Shown piece by piece: positions 27,752 through 38,500 of a stretch of 64,000 nt of DNA. How positions within the stretch are numbered: the stretch's first letter is position 1; every line of letters begins with the position of its first letter. The translations under genes were made by a program, and so were the position numbers. Origin of the DNA: a virus; IMG/VR virus record IMGVR_UViG_3300047548_000930, positions 3,258-67,257 of that record, one strand, 5' to 3'. The notes under the pieces were generated by a model. It was not told the origin of the DNA. It was given only the letters and a program-made list of their open reading frames with translations, and did no database searches.

Positions 27752-27813
27752 AACGAGTCTCCAATACAGTTTATTTATTTGATTTTAGCTTTAGTGTTAT
27801 GCTAAAAATAGCT

Positions 27814-28506
27814 ATGAAACCTTCATATGTATTTGATGTAGATGGCACTTTAACCCCCAGCAGGAGTAAGATGGATCCTGCGTTTCAAACTTGGTTTTCT
27901 AACTGGCAAAAAACACATGATACTTACCTTGTAACAGGCAGTGATTATCCTAAAACTGTAGAACAAGTTGGGGAAGAAATAATCAACAATAGCAAAATGC
28001 TGTTTAATTGTTGCGGCAATGAAGTACGTATTGGTAAATTGATTACTCATCAATCAGATTGGCAACCTCCACATGCTCTCATTGATGCTTTAGATGAAGA
28101 ACTTACTAAAAGCGAGTTTCCTGTAAAAACAGGTAAACATATTGAAATTAGAACTGGATTAGTTAACTTTAGTATTGTTGGACGTAATGCTAATAAAGAG
28201 CAGCGTGAACAGTATATAAAGTGGGATAACGAAACAGCAGAAAGATTAAAAATAGCTGTAAGGTTAGGAAGTAAGTTTGAAGATATTGATTTTATGCTTG
28301 GAGGCGATACAGGAATTGATATTTACCCAACGGGTAAGGATAAGCGTCAGGTACTAGACTTTATTAAAAGCGAAAACCCTGTTATATTCTTTGGGGATAA
28401 AACATTACCGGGGGGAAATGATTACTCCCTGGCTGTTAGTGTTGATATTGCTCACCGTGTTGAAAATTGGGAGCATACTTGGGAAATTTTAAGACTTACT
28501 TCTTAA
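27814..28506 (+). CDS. Phosphomannomutase, eukaryotic-type HAD IIB
   Basis: FDVDGTLT, GSDYPK..EQV, IEIR.GLVNFS..GRNA, GGDTGIDI and FFGDKT..GGNDY. Confidence 0.88.
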   Translation: MKPSYVFDVDGTLTPSRSKMDPAFQTWFSNWQKTHDTYLVTGSDYPKTVEQVGEEIINNSKMLFNCCGNEVRIGKLITHQSDWQPPHALIDALDEELTKSEFPVKTGKHIEIRTGLVNFSIVGRNANKEQREQYIKWDNETAERLKIAVRLGSKFEDIDFMLGGDTGIDIYPTGKDKRQVLDFIKSENPVIFFGDKTLPGGNDYSLAVSVDIAHRVENWEHTWEILRLTS

Positions 28507-28591
28507 AGTACTTGCTAATCCATTCTGGTTGTGGCAAAAAGTTCCAACCAACGATTAGTCCAACTGCACATCCAAGTATAAAACTTACCAT
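28496..28591 (-). CDS. 31-aa membrane peptide (not in ORF track)
   Basis: MVSFILGCAVGLIVGWNFLPQPEWISKYFKK; AAGGAG SD. Confidence 0.65.
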   Translation of the reverse strand: MVSFILGCAVGLIVGWNFLPQPEWISKYFKK

Positions 28592-28593
28592 TT

Positions 28594-28977
28594 TTATCTC
28601 CTTACCAATGGTTTCTTAACAAGTGGCTTAGCAACAGTAGCTACTGAACCTGCTCCCATACCACCTGCACTTACGCTTTCTGGCATACCAGCAGTTGGCA
28701 TCATTGCAGTTGTATCTGGCATTGCAGGAGCACCTAGCTTATCGTATTCGAGATAATCTGCTGTTGACTTTATGTAGTCAGCAGCAAGTGTAATCTTGCT
28801 TTGCATCCAACCTTCAATGCCTTCTTCTTCGCTAACGTTCTTAAGTAACTTGTGTAGTCTAATAGCATCATTTGCTAAATGATATAGCTGAGCACGGGCC
28901 ATTTGAACTTCATGGTCACGATCAATGTTCATTGCCTCATCGCTGAGATTTTCTTTAATTTGCTTCTTCTTAGTCAT
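28594..28977 (-). CDS. Hypothetical late protein
   Basis: GGAG SD and TAAATA (29000-29005) upstream; DHEVQMARAQL...GWMQSKITLAADY. Confidence 0.7.
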   Translation of the reverse strand: MTKKKQIKENLSDEAMNIDRDHEVQMARAQLYHLANDAIRLHKLLKNVSEEEGIEGWMQSKITLAADYIKSTADYLEYDKLGAPAMPDTTAMMPTAGMPESVSAGGMGAGSVATVAKPLVKKPLVRR

Positions 28978-29002
28978 AACTGACATCTCCAATATAGTGT
29001 AT

Positions 29003-29317
29003 TTATTCAATTTTAAATTTAATTATTTGCTTATCTTCTGGGTGAATAGGAAAATTTATCTCTTTTGTAGTTTCGTTATACGCAAGAACTATTTTTTCTA
29101 TCCAAATTTTAGCATACGTAGCTGGTTTTACTTTTTGAATAGTTAATGTGTGTTCCCCAGAATCAAGCTCTGCAAACATTTCTTCTTCGATATAGTTTGT
29201 ATTACAATCAGCCCAAAATTCTCTTTCGTTATAGAGATTATCATTTATCCAAAAACGATAAACTGGACATTCGTATTCATAATACGCATAAACGTGAGCG
29301 TTAATTTGTACTATCAT
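29003..29317 (-). CDS. Hypothetical protein
   Basis: PVYRFWINDNLYNER; operon-coupled. Confidence 0.65.
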   Translation of the reverse strand: MIVQINAHVYAYYEYECPVYRFWINDNLYNEREFWADCNTNYIEEEMFAELDSGEHTLTIQKVKPATYAKIWIEKIVLAYNETTKEINFPIHPEDKQIIKFKIE

Positions 29318-29559
29318 TATTCTATATCTTTAATTAAATCAACTTGTTTAACTAACTGATGGCTACAATGTCTATCAGCTTTAATGGTTGATTTTTTAAT
29401 CTTTTTAGCTTTTGCTTCTACTTGTCTAACTTCTTGTTTGGTGAGACTTTGTCCAATTATTTTACCCAAATATTGAGCTGCTTTTCTCTTGATGGTTCCT
29501 GGACGAGATAGAGGTCTGAATGGAGCAGTTAATGCTTCCAAAGTATCTTCTATTTTCAT
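29317..29559 (-). CDS. Small basic protein with MKIEDTLE leader
   Basis: GGAG SD; TAATG coupling to the next gene. Confidence 0.6.
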   Translation of the reverse strand: MKIEDTLEALTAPFRPLSRPGTIKRKAAQYLGKIIGQSLTKQEVRQVEAKAKKIKKSTIKADRHCSHQLVKQVDLIKDIE

Positions 29560-29573
29560 AATAGTCTCCCATA

Positions 29574-31316
29574 TTAATCCCTTTTACCACGACCAATACC
29601 TTTTGTTGCTGCTTTAAGTTTTGGTTTTCTTGCAGTAAGAGGAGAAGGTTTTCTTTTTGGTAATTCTTTATCAGTTGAAATCTCATCTGGAGTTTCATCT
29701 GGTATTTCATTCCCTGTTGGAACCGGAGCTGATGCAGATTGTAATCTAAAACCCATTCTTCCTTTTTGACCTGTAGCAAAATAGGTTTTATTAAAAAGAA
29801 CTGGTTTTCCAGAAAATTCAGTAGGGAACTTTCCGTAGTAATCAAGTGTCATTGAATCACCACTGACAGTAGTTTTTGTAACTAGCTGTAAGTAGTTGTT
29901 ATTGTTCAATGCTTTTAACATTGCAGCAGAAAAATCTGGGTCATTATTTGCTGCGGTTAATACTTTATTAGCAACGGCTGCAAGCGCATGATAATATATT
30001 CTGTAATCATCTCTTGCAGCCGCATCTGGTCTAATTCCTTGAGATTTAATCAAATCTCTTAATTTTGCATCTTTAACATCTTTAATGCTTCTGCTCTTGC
30101 GTGAAATAGTTAAAACAGCTTGTGCAGTTGCTTCATCTATGATCTTGTACTCAATAGCTGCTTTGAGTATACCAGCGTCAGCTTTGTCCTTTGCTAGGTA
30201 TCTCATTATGCGTACAGCTCGTGGATGTTCTTTTTCAAGTTCAGGTGTAACTTGAGCGTACACGCCAGCTAATGAACTAGCAGCGCCGCCGCCTGTATGC
30301 ATTTTTGTGCTGATTTGTAATTGCTTACCATCAGCGGTTTTAATTAAACTATCCCAAAGTTCTTGTCGTGTATTAGCACTGAATCTAACTTGTCCACCTA
30401 CAAAGCTACCAATGCCTACAGCATTCATAGCTTTTTTAATATCGCCGCCAGTAAACTTACCGCTTAGTAATGCTAATGGTCCTAAGTATTCTGCACCATA
30501 CTTACTAATAACAGTAGCATAATGTGTTCCGTTATTGATTGGTGCAATTTTACCAGACGCAGCAAGATCAACAGCTTGGTCCATGACGTCTGCTAGCTCT
30601 TCATCTGGTGTACCATGTGTAACTGATCTAATTCCGTTTTTAACAGTTTTTGCTAATTCGTTCTTGTTCCTAAAAGTTTCATCCATAATGATGTCACTAG
30701 GTTTAATAGCAATAGATTCGCTGCTTGATCTCTCAGATTTATATTTGTAACCGTTAAGTGTTAACCACTTTCCGTGTATAGTAGTATCTGGAACTTTATC
30801 AATATATCTTACCCAATATTGACTTTTATTATGCGGATCTAATACATGTGCAATAATTGCAGCTCTTGATCTAGCAGTTGGGTTATTATCTAGTTTCTTA
30901 ACAGCGGCTTTTGGAATAGCAGCAGCAATAGCTTTTTCTAACTCTTCTGGTGAGTTAAACGCATTCTTATTCTTTGGGCTTATTACGCTAATTTCTTGTA
31001 CAGTTAGTACGTCTTTTAAGTTTTGTGGATTAACGTATTGATCACCCTGTACACGAGCAGTAACGCCTCTAGACTCATCTACAATAGACTCGGTTAGTCC
31101 AAGGTTCATTAACTTGTTTGGGGTTGAATTCTTAGCAGCAGAGCTGTGTAGTAATGGGGGAGGAAACTTATTTCCAAACTTCTTTGCTTGACGCTCTACT
31201 TCGCCAGGCTTAATATCTTTTGTAACACTCATTGAAAAACGAGGGTCATTCGCTTCTTTTTTATTCTTAGCGATATACCCAACAGCAGCAGTTTCAAATA
31301 AATCTTTGATTTTCAT
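29574..31316 (-). CDS. PD-(D/E)xK nuclease-like protein with MKIKDLFE leader
   Basis: GAEYLGP...LWDSLI...QISTK, a restriction-endonuclease-like motif order. Confidence 0.55.
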   Translation of the reverse strand: MKIKDLFETAAVGYIAKNKKEANDPRFSMSVTKDIKPGEVERQAKKFGNKFPPPLLHSSAAKNSTPNKLMNLGLTESIVDESRGVTARVQGDQYVNPQNLKDVLTVQEISVISPKNKNAFNSPEELEKAIAAAIPKAAVKKLDNNPTARSRAAIIAHVLDPHNKSQYWVRYIDKVPDTTIHGKWLTLNGYKYKSERSSSESIAIKPSDIIMDETFRNKNELAKTVKNGIRSVTHGTPDEELADVMDQAVDLAASGKIAPINNGTHYATVISKYGAEYLGPLALLSGKFTGGDIKKAMNAVGIGSFVGGQVRFSANTRQELWDSLIKTADGKQLQISTKMHTGGGAASSLAGVYAQVTPELEKEHPRAVRIMRYLAKDKADAGILKAAIEYKIIDEATAQAVLTISRKSRSIKDVKDAKLRDLIKSQGIRPDAAARDDYRIYYHALAAVANKVLTAANNDPDFSAAMLKALNNNNYLQLVTKTTVSGDSMTLDYYGKFPTEFSGKPVLFNKTYFATGQKGRMGFRLQSASAPVPTGNEIPDETPDEISTDKELPKRKPSPLTARKPKLKAATKGIGRGKRD

Positions 31317-31338
31317 TACATAAGTTCCTATGTAATAT

Positions 31339-31857
31339 TTATTTCAAAGCAACGGCTAACTGTTTTGCTAGTTCCTCTAAACTGTTTTCATCTGCTTGAT
31401 ATTTGATACCAATTCCACCAGCGTTATTCCAAGCTGTAATATTTTTGCGGAAATCATCAATTAGAATATTAGGAATACCGTTGGATACAGCATATTTGTA
31501 CTTTTCATGTTCAAATATAATGCCATCTGGTTGAACAGTAATATGCTTATTTAACCATTCGCGTTTGCCTTTAATGCTACCTGCACGATCAAAGTTTAAT
31601 GGGCTAGATAATATCTTATATCCACCAGCCATTCCTTTTACCATACGCAATAAACGATTAGCAGTTTTAAATGGGGGTAAATCTCTAAACAAATGATATG
31701 CATCTGTATTTTGGAAAAAAATTTCCCATTGCTGATCAGACATATCATTGTAATGTTCTACGTCGTGAATAGCCCCAACGTGATTAAACAAGTCTGCTAA
31801 TACACCATCCATGTCAACATATACAGTAGGTTTGGTAGTTATTTCAAATATCTTCAT
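31339..31857 (-). CDS. 5'(3')-deoxyribonucleotidase, HAD family
   Basis: YVDMDGVLAD, ILSSP, K..W and ILIDD...NI..W..AGG.GI. Confidence 0.88.
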   Translation of the reverse strand: MKIFEITTKPTVYVDMDGVLADLFNHVGAIHDVEHYNDMSDQQWEIFFQNTDAYHLFRDLPPFKTANRLLRMVKGMAGGYKILSSPLNFDRAGSIKGKREWLNKHITVQPDGIIFEHEKYKYAVSNGIPNILIDDFRKNITAWNNAGGIGIKYQADENSLEELAKQLAVALK

Positions 31858-32380
31858 TTAAATCTTTCTTACAAAGTTCAAGATCAATGTAGTATTCAGA
31901 CATGGAAGAAGCGAGTATTCTAAATCTTTTTTCAAAGATCTCTTTCCATTCCTCAGCTTTTTTAAGACAAATATGTGCGTTCCACCCATTGTTTAAAACT
32001 CTAGTTGCTGGTACTGTTGAAATTGATATGAAAGCATATTTCTCAATAACTCTTTCTAAATCATCTAAAACATTATTGAGACAATCTGGTTCAACATGTT
32101 CAATTACATCAATACAAGCAACCATTTTGCACGGTTTAGGACTAGTGCTCCATTGCGGAATACCTGGTTCATATTTATGAACCACAATATTGGGATTTAA
32201 TTTTTTTAATACCTTTTCTAAATTACCAACTCCTGATCCGTAATCTAATAATTCATTTAAATTATATTTAGATAATATATCAAAGATACGAGGGGCGTAG
32301 TAAACGGAAGCAACACCCCATTGACTAATTGAGTGTTCTTTTTCTAAAACAGATCTATAATAATCTGTTACTAACGTCAT
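31844..32380 (-). CDS. Class I SAM-dependent methyltransferase
   Basis: LLDYGSGVG, YEPG and CIDVIEHVEP. Confidence 0.85.
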   Translation of the reverse strand: MTLVTDYYRSVLEKEHSISQWGVASVYYAPRIFDILSKYNLNELLDYGSGVGNLEKVLKKLNPNIVVHKYEPGIPQWSTSPKPCKMVACIDVIEHVEPDCLNNVLDDLERVIEKYAFISISTVPATRVLNNGWNAHICLKKAEEWKEIFEKRFRILASSMSEYYIDLELCKKDLNEDI

Positions 32381-32523
32381 TGCTCACTTTCCATAGCGCG
32401 ATGCCAATATCGTTTAACAATTTCTTCTTTATCTTTATCTGTATAGCTATCTGGAATATCTTTTCCTTTTAGCTTATTCCAAATAACTTTAGCTGTTTCA
32501 TCGTTAAACTTTTTGTCTGACAT
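32377..32523 (-). CDS. Small hypothetical protein
   Basis: Start at ATG 32523 (TAATG overlap with the polyprotein stop). Confidence 0.6.
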   Translation of the reverse strand: MSDKKFNDETAKVIWNKLKGKDIPDSYTDKDKEEIVKRYWHRAMESEQ

Positions 32524-35500
32524 TAGTCTATCTCCCCGGTATACTCCTGCCCACCTAGTATACACGCTTTTTGCATTTCTGTTAACTCTTTTTTTGGCTC
32601 TTCTTTTTGCCAAACAAATGGTTTATCTGCTGCTTCGATGTATTCTTTTACTGTAGTTGGCTTTTTGATTCTTTCAAATGTATAGGCTACAATGCCTCTA
32701 TCAACTTTCCTGTTTTTAAATTTAAAAGTAGGAATAATTTTTGGTAACATTTTTGTAGATGCATCGTAGAGTTTAACTCGACTTAATTCATTTGCATAAG
32801 AAGCAAAATCAATTTTAGTAATATTTTCGTATTTGCTTAAGTATGTTTTAATTACAAGCATCACAGTAGTTAAGACTTTAAATGCATCTCCAGTGTTAGT
32901 TACTTTAATGGTTCCATCTTCATCATTTTCGGTAAAAGCAGAGAAAGAAATACTAGCCATATTTGGTTTATTTTTATCGTTTACACTAATTAATACTATA
33001 TATTCAACTCCAGCATCTGTAACAAAGTCAGCAGTATATTCTCTCATGTCTCCTTCTGCTGTAAAAGGATATGGTTTGTTAGCAAGTTCAGTTACAACTT
33101 CTTTTGATTCTGCGCTTGGTATTCTAACAGTGCCATCATCTTGATCAACGGCTGCAACAACACGATTATTTTCCCTTCCCCATCGTAGCGCAAGTTGAGT
33201 TGCTTCCTGACGACTACGGGCAGAAACATATGTTAAAACATTATTATCGTGATCATAGACTGTCCAACGACTCCATTGACCTTCGTTTCTACTAGCTACA
33301 GCTTTTATATCGTCTGGTGTTGCTACTCTTGCTCCTCGAGGACCACCATAAACTGGATTATTATTTTCCCACTCAAACCCTTTGCTTAATGCCTCTTTAG
33401 AAGAAATTGCTTTTACAATAGTAAAAGGATTGCCGTTTCTATCAAGTATTGCCCAATCAATTGGTCCTCTTTTCTTTGCTAATCTAAGTTCTTGCTTTGC
33501 TTTTAGTTTCATTACAAGTTCTGCTTTTGATATACTACCACTTGCAAACATACTAAACAATTTAACTACATTATCTTCATTTTCATTATTTTTTGCAGAA
33601 TACAATAACTTATAAAGTTTCTTAGCATACTCTTGCTTTGCTTCATTTGGATCAGCAGCAAGAGCCATTACACGGACATAACGCAATAATGTATTCTTAA
33701 TCTTTTCAATTGCTTCTAGATAGTTACCGCCTGCACTGCGGAACTCAATATAACCTTTCTTAATGTTAACGCTAACGTACTTGTCTCCTCTTGGAACAAG
33801 TGCATCATCAACCATCTTTAATGCTGCTTTATTAAGTCCACTACGTAATGTTTCAAATATAGTTGGCATGTTACGCATTACATATGGGCCAGTTTGTGTT
33901 TGCATCTTGTCAAGTGAGCTACGTGCATAGCCATTACCTAAACGACCAAACTGATCTAGTACGTACTTGTCACCAAGGAACAATATTAGCTTAATGTAAT
34001 CAACGTTTTCCATTTGTGGAATGCTTACACCCATATGGAAACCAGTCGAGCTATCAGTATATGCACCGTGATTATTCATCCAAGTTAGTACTACATCTAG
34101 CTTTTGTAGTGCTTGTTCTAATGGTAGTGGAGGACTTACTAATTCTAATCCGCCTTCCCCTGCACTTTCATCAGCATCGATACTGCTATCAGTTTCTAAA
34201 TACCAAACACCACCTTCTCTGTTGCTCTTAAATGCATGATAGTCCGCGGCAAACTTAACAGGCATACCTACAGCGTTTTTAATTTCATCTGCTACTTCAC
34301 TCATTGCTTGTTCGTCAACTTCGCCGCTGCTAGTTTCTGTCCAGTGTGGCCAATCCCACCCAAATCTCTCTGCCCATTCGCTCATCATTGACAAACTGTT
34401 ATACTCTAAGAAACCTCTTAGATCATCCCACTCAGACATGTAATCATCCCTTAGTGATTGTACAACGTCATCGTAAGTGCTATCTTGGTCTTTAATACTC
34501 TTTTCAATTTCTTCTTCGTCGTAAGTAGTATCTTCTTTATATTTTCTTCTTAATTCTTCTTGCCAATAATCAGATTCGAGTTCATTGTCAAAATCCATCA
34601 TAATGTATTCGTTTAGTTCGTCTGATACTTCTTCAACAGCTCGTTCAATAGTTCTTCTTGCTTCGCTATCCCTAAAGAATGATATTAAGTCATCTTGCAT
34701 AGCACCCATTGTTGAGCTTGTTACACGCTCGTCCATGTCATAATCTGGTTCGCTATCCCCGCCATTCTCATCTGCCATGTTAGGAACAATCATTTCAAAC
34801 TCGAACCCAACAGTAGTTGATTTTGCAATGTCACTTGCGCTAAACTTTTGTAGCGCACCTGGACTCATATCAATTTCAGTTAGACGTTGTTCGTGATTTT
34901 CTAAACTGAACTCTTTGTCCTTCATGTCGTTAAGCATATCGTAGAGTTTGGCAATAAGTCCATTGCTACGTAATGCTTTCCAAGCTAGATTTTCTGCACC
35001 AAATTCACCAGTGCTATGTAATCCAACTTGACGATACTTCTTAAGTGTATGACGTAACTTTACAGCAAGATTATAATCCTGTGCTTTTAGTGCTTTTAAG
35101 ATCAAAGCTTTTAGTACATCATACTTTTCACGAACGTTTGATTCATCAACTTCAACGGTAGTTTGTTCTGGACGCTTAACCCAATCATTGTTCATAATGC
35201 TGTAAATGCCATTGCTTACATGATCTTCGTTTGCATTTTGTACGTATAACTCTACATCAAACCCTTTGATCTTGTAGTCATGCTGTTCATTATACTGGAA
35301 CTTCTTTGCATCAAATAGTTCACGATAAATTGCGTCATCATCTACTTTTGGAAGATCAACAATTAAGTGTAAGTCAATGTCACTGTTTGGTGTGTAGTTG
35401 TATGCGGCATTAGATCCACTAATTGTAATGTCCTTCAAGTTAGGAAGTTCAATTCCTATGAAGTTTTTAAAGTCCTCTGCAATATCCAACAACTTTTGTC

Positions 35501-38500
35501 TTACAACAGGAGACATCCTACCTGCGCTATTAAACAATTGTGGATTTAGTTCATCGTTAATAGTTGGCATAAAGTCATCTGCAGGTGTACCGCCTTCAAC
35601 AAAGTATCGTGTTTGATATTTGCCGTAATTCTTTTCGTCGTGAGCAGTTGCGATGACATACTTGTAACTGTCATCCATCATTAGTATTTTCTTAATACCG
35701 TAACCAAGACCATCACGTTTACGTTTAATTACAAAGTCAACGTTTTCTAAGTTTGAAATTTTATCACCAAATTGCTTTTTTGCATTTGATAAAATATCAA
35801 GCATATCTTTTTGTGACAATGTACGTTCTGCTAATCTTTCAAGCAAGTGTCCTGAAATATATACTGGTCCATCAGCAAAATCAAAGTTGATGTAATACTT
35901 GTCTTTTTTAGGATTTGCTTTTTCAGTAATCTTAGTTGGATTTTCCTTAGCAAGTATTGCCTCATATTCTGCATTTGCTTGTCTAATAGCAGCAAGTGCT
36001 TCTTGTGCTCTTTTTTCACTATCTGCTAACCCTGGCACCGCTTTAGTCATCTTGTCCCAAGGAGACTTAGCTTCACCTAATTTAACTCCCATACCCTTTG
36101 CAGTAAGCATCATGAGTTTCTTAATCCAATCTTCGTCTAACTTACCACCAAAACCTTTCATCCAAGTATCTAGTTTTTGTTGTAATGATAGATTGGGATC
36201 TTTTAGTGTGTTACGCAATGCTGTAAAACTAGCATCAATGCCACCTAAAGCAGCACCGCGTGGAATAGCAATAACATCATAATCAACTTGATCTTGTGTT
36301 CCACCAAACTTTGCAAGTGCAGCAGGATCCTTCATACGCTTTTCTAAAGTATCCATCCACTTCTTAAAACCTTCGTAACGGTCAGTGCCAACCATCAACA
36401 CAATTTTCTTGTAAGTACTATCAGAAGGTAATACTAATTCTTTTTCAATTTTCTTAACTGGACTTGGTACAGTTACACCATCTGGACTTACAATAAGTTG
36501 GAAGATGTTTGCGTACTCGGGATACATTTTCTTCCAAGTAGCCAACTTTACTTCTGGTGGAATTGGATCATCTGGTCCAGTCTTGCTGCTAATGTAAACG
36601 TATGGGTCACCGCCAAGTTTCTTAGCAGCGGCAATAACAGTATCAATTACCTTTTGATGACCAATGTGACCAACAAAACTACCAGCAGTAACAACGGCAG
36701 CTTTGGTTCTATTGCTCCCAGTTGTTGGTGCTTTTTTAATCTTTGCAGCCATTGCACCTTTCATTTCAGTGCTAGTAACTTTTGCAAGCTGACCATTTGG
36801 CATAGCGATAACTAAACCTTCAATAGTGCTGCCAAGCTTGTCTTTACCTTTAATGTTAGGACTGTTAATGATAGCATCGCTAATTGCTTTTCGAGCTGCT
36901 GTTAATATTTCTTTTGCTTTTGCTTTTGCAGGATCATTTTTCTTTTTGCTTGACAGTGCTGTACGTAATGTATCATCCATCCTAGCAATTGGTTCTACAA
37001 TGCTTTTAACATCAATATCACTGTGCTGTAATTCAGTTCCAATTATTTTAATATTTGGTGTACTTTTAGTAATAAGTTTTTCTATGATTGTATCTGGTAA
37101 TCTTTCACCAGTAGAATATGTACTTGCAATAATAGGAACAAGTGTCATTTGCTTGCCAAGTTTTTTAGAATCATACGGTATGTTTACAAACTTAAGTCCA
37201 GTATTAGTCTTTTCAGCCATTGGGTTGTACATCATTTCTGCTTGTACAATTGTATCCTTAGGTAATTCTTTTATAAAATCACTGTTTACAATTAAGTTAA
37301 GTGCTTGATCGTATTTTTCAGCACGAGCAATTTGTTCTTCACTGCCGTTATTATCTCTAGCATATTTTTCAAACATGCCAATATTATCAGCATAAATTGG
37401 ATTTGTAACACGACTTGTCATAAAGAATGGTTTACCGCTTTGATCTTTACCAAAACGTATACCAGCACCATCTACTTTAAGTGTGATTGGAATGTTATCG
37501 AGCGTGCCTCCATTCTTAGCAATTGCATCAACAAATGCCAGGAAGTCTAAATCCTTCATTTCAACAGTTGAACCAGGATTATAAATGTGCTTAATACCTT
37601 GACGCTTATAATCTGGGGCATCTGCTTCTGTAATTGATTCTGCTTTATACTTAGAATAATAATCAGCTAAGGTTTTTGCTAATTCATTTTTGTTAATTGA
37701 AACTTTTAGTGTATCTATAAGTTTATTGATAGCGATTTCTTTTTCACGTTTGTCAGTTGCTGGGTCACCTTTGTATAGTTGCTGAGCAGCAGGGCCAAAC
37801 AACAAAGCCATAAATGCTTGTGTAATTTTGTTTTTATCTTCTGGTGTAAAATATTTGTTAATTAATGCTAATACGCCAACAAAACTGCCTAAATACTTTT
37901 CTTCACCTTTAGTTGGTTTACGACCAATTAAAAGTGTAAACATGCCTGAAATATCTGTTACATATTCGCTTTCACTTGCTGGAACTTCTTTATAAATTCC
38001 AAGTCCATCATCGGCTACTGCTGGTTTCTTTGTTTTGGGATCAATTACTGGTTCAAACTTTTGTCGAACACCGCCAGTTACAGCAAAGGCCAAATCACTT
38101 GCTGTTACTTTCTTTAGCTTAGTCTTCATTTGAATGTAACGTTCTTTAGCATCTTTGTGTGTTAAAGAACGTAGTAAGTACTTGTGGAACACGCCTTTAA
38201 TGCCTGCGCTTAAGTCTTCCCAAGCACTGCTATGACTAAACTTGCTCCACTCAGTTGGACTACCTTTATCATAGTCTACAAGTTCCATATCAATCTGTAC
38301 GTTTACAGCAGGATCTTTAAATTGCCACAAGCTAATAAATGTATCCTGTCCTGGGTTTGGTTTAAAACCAATTAACTTTGCTGGACCAAATTGTTTACCT
38401 GTTGCCCTAGTTAAAAAGTCCTTAGCTTTATCGGCTAGGTTCTTATCAACCATAGTGTCAATATCACCAACACTTGACTTTACTTTAGTAAACTGATCAT

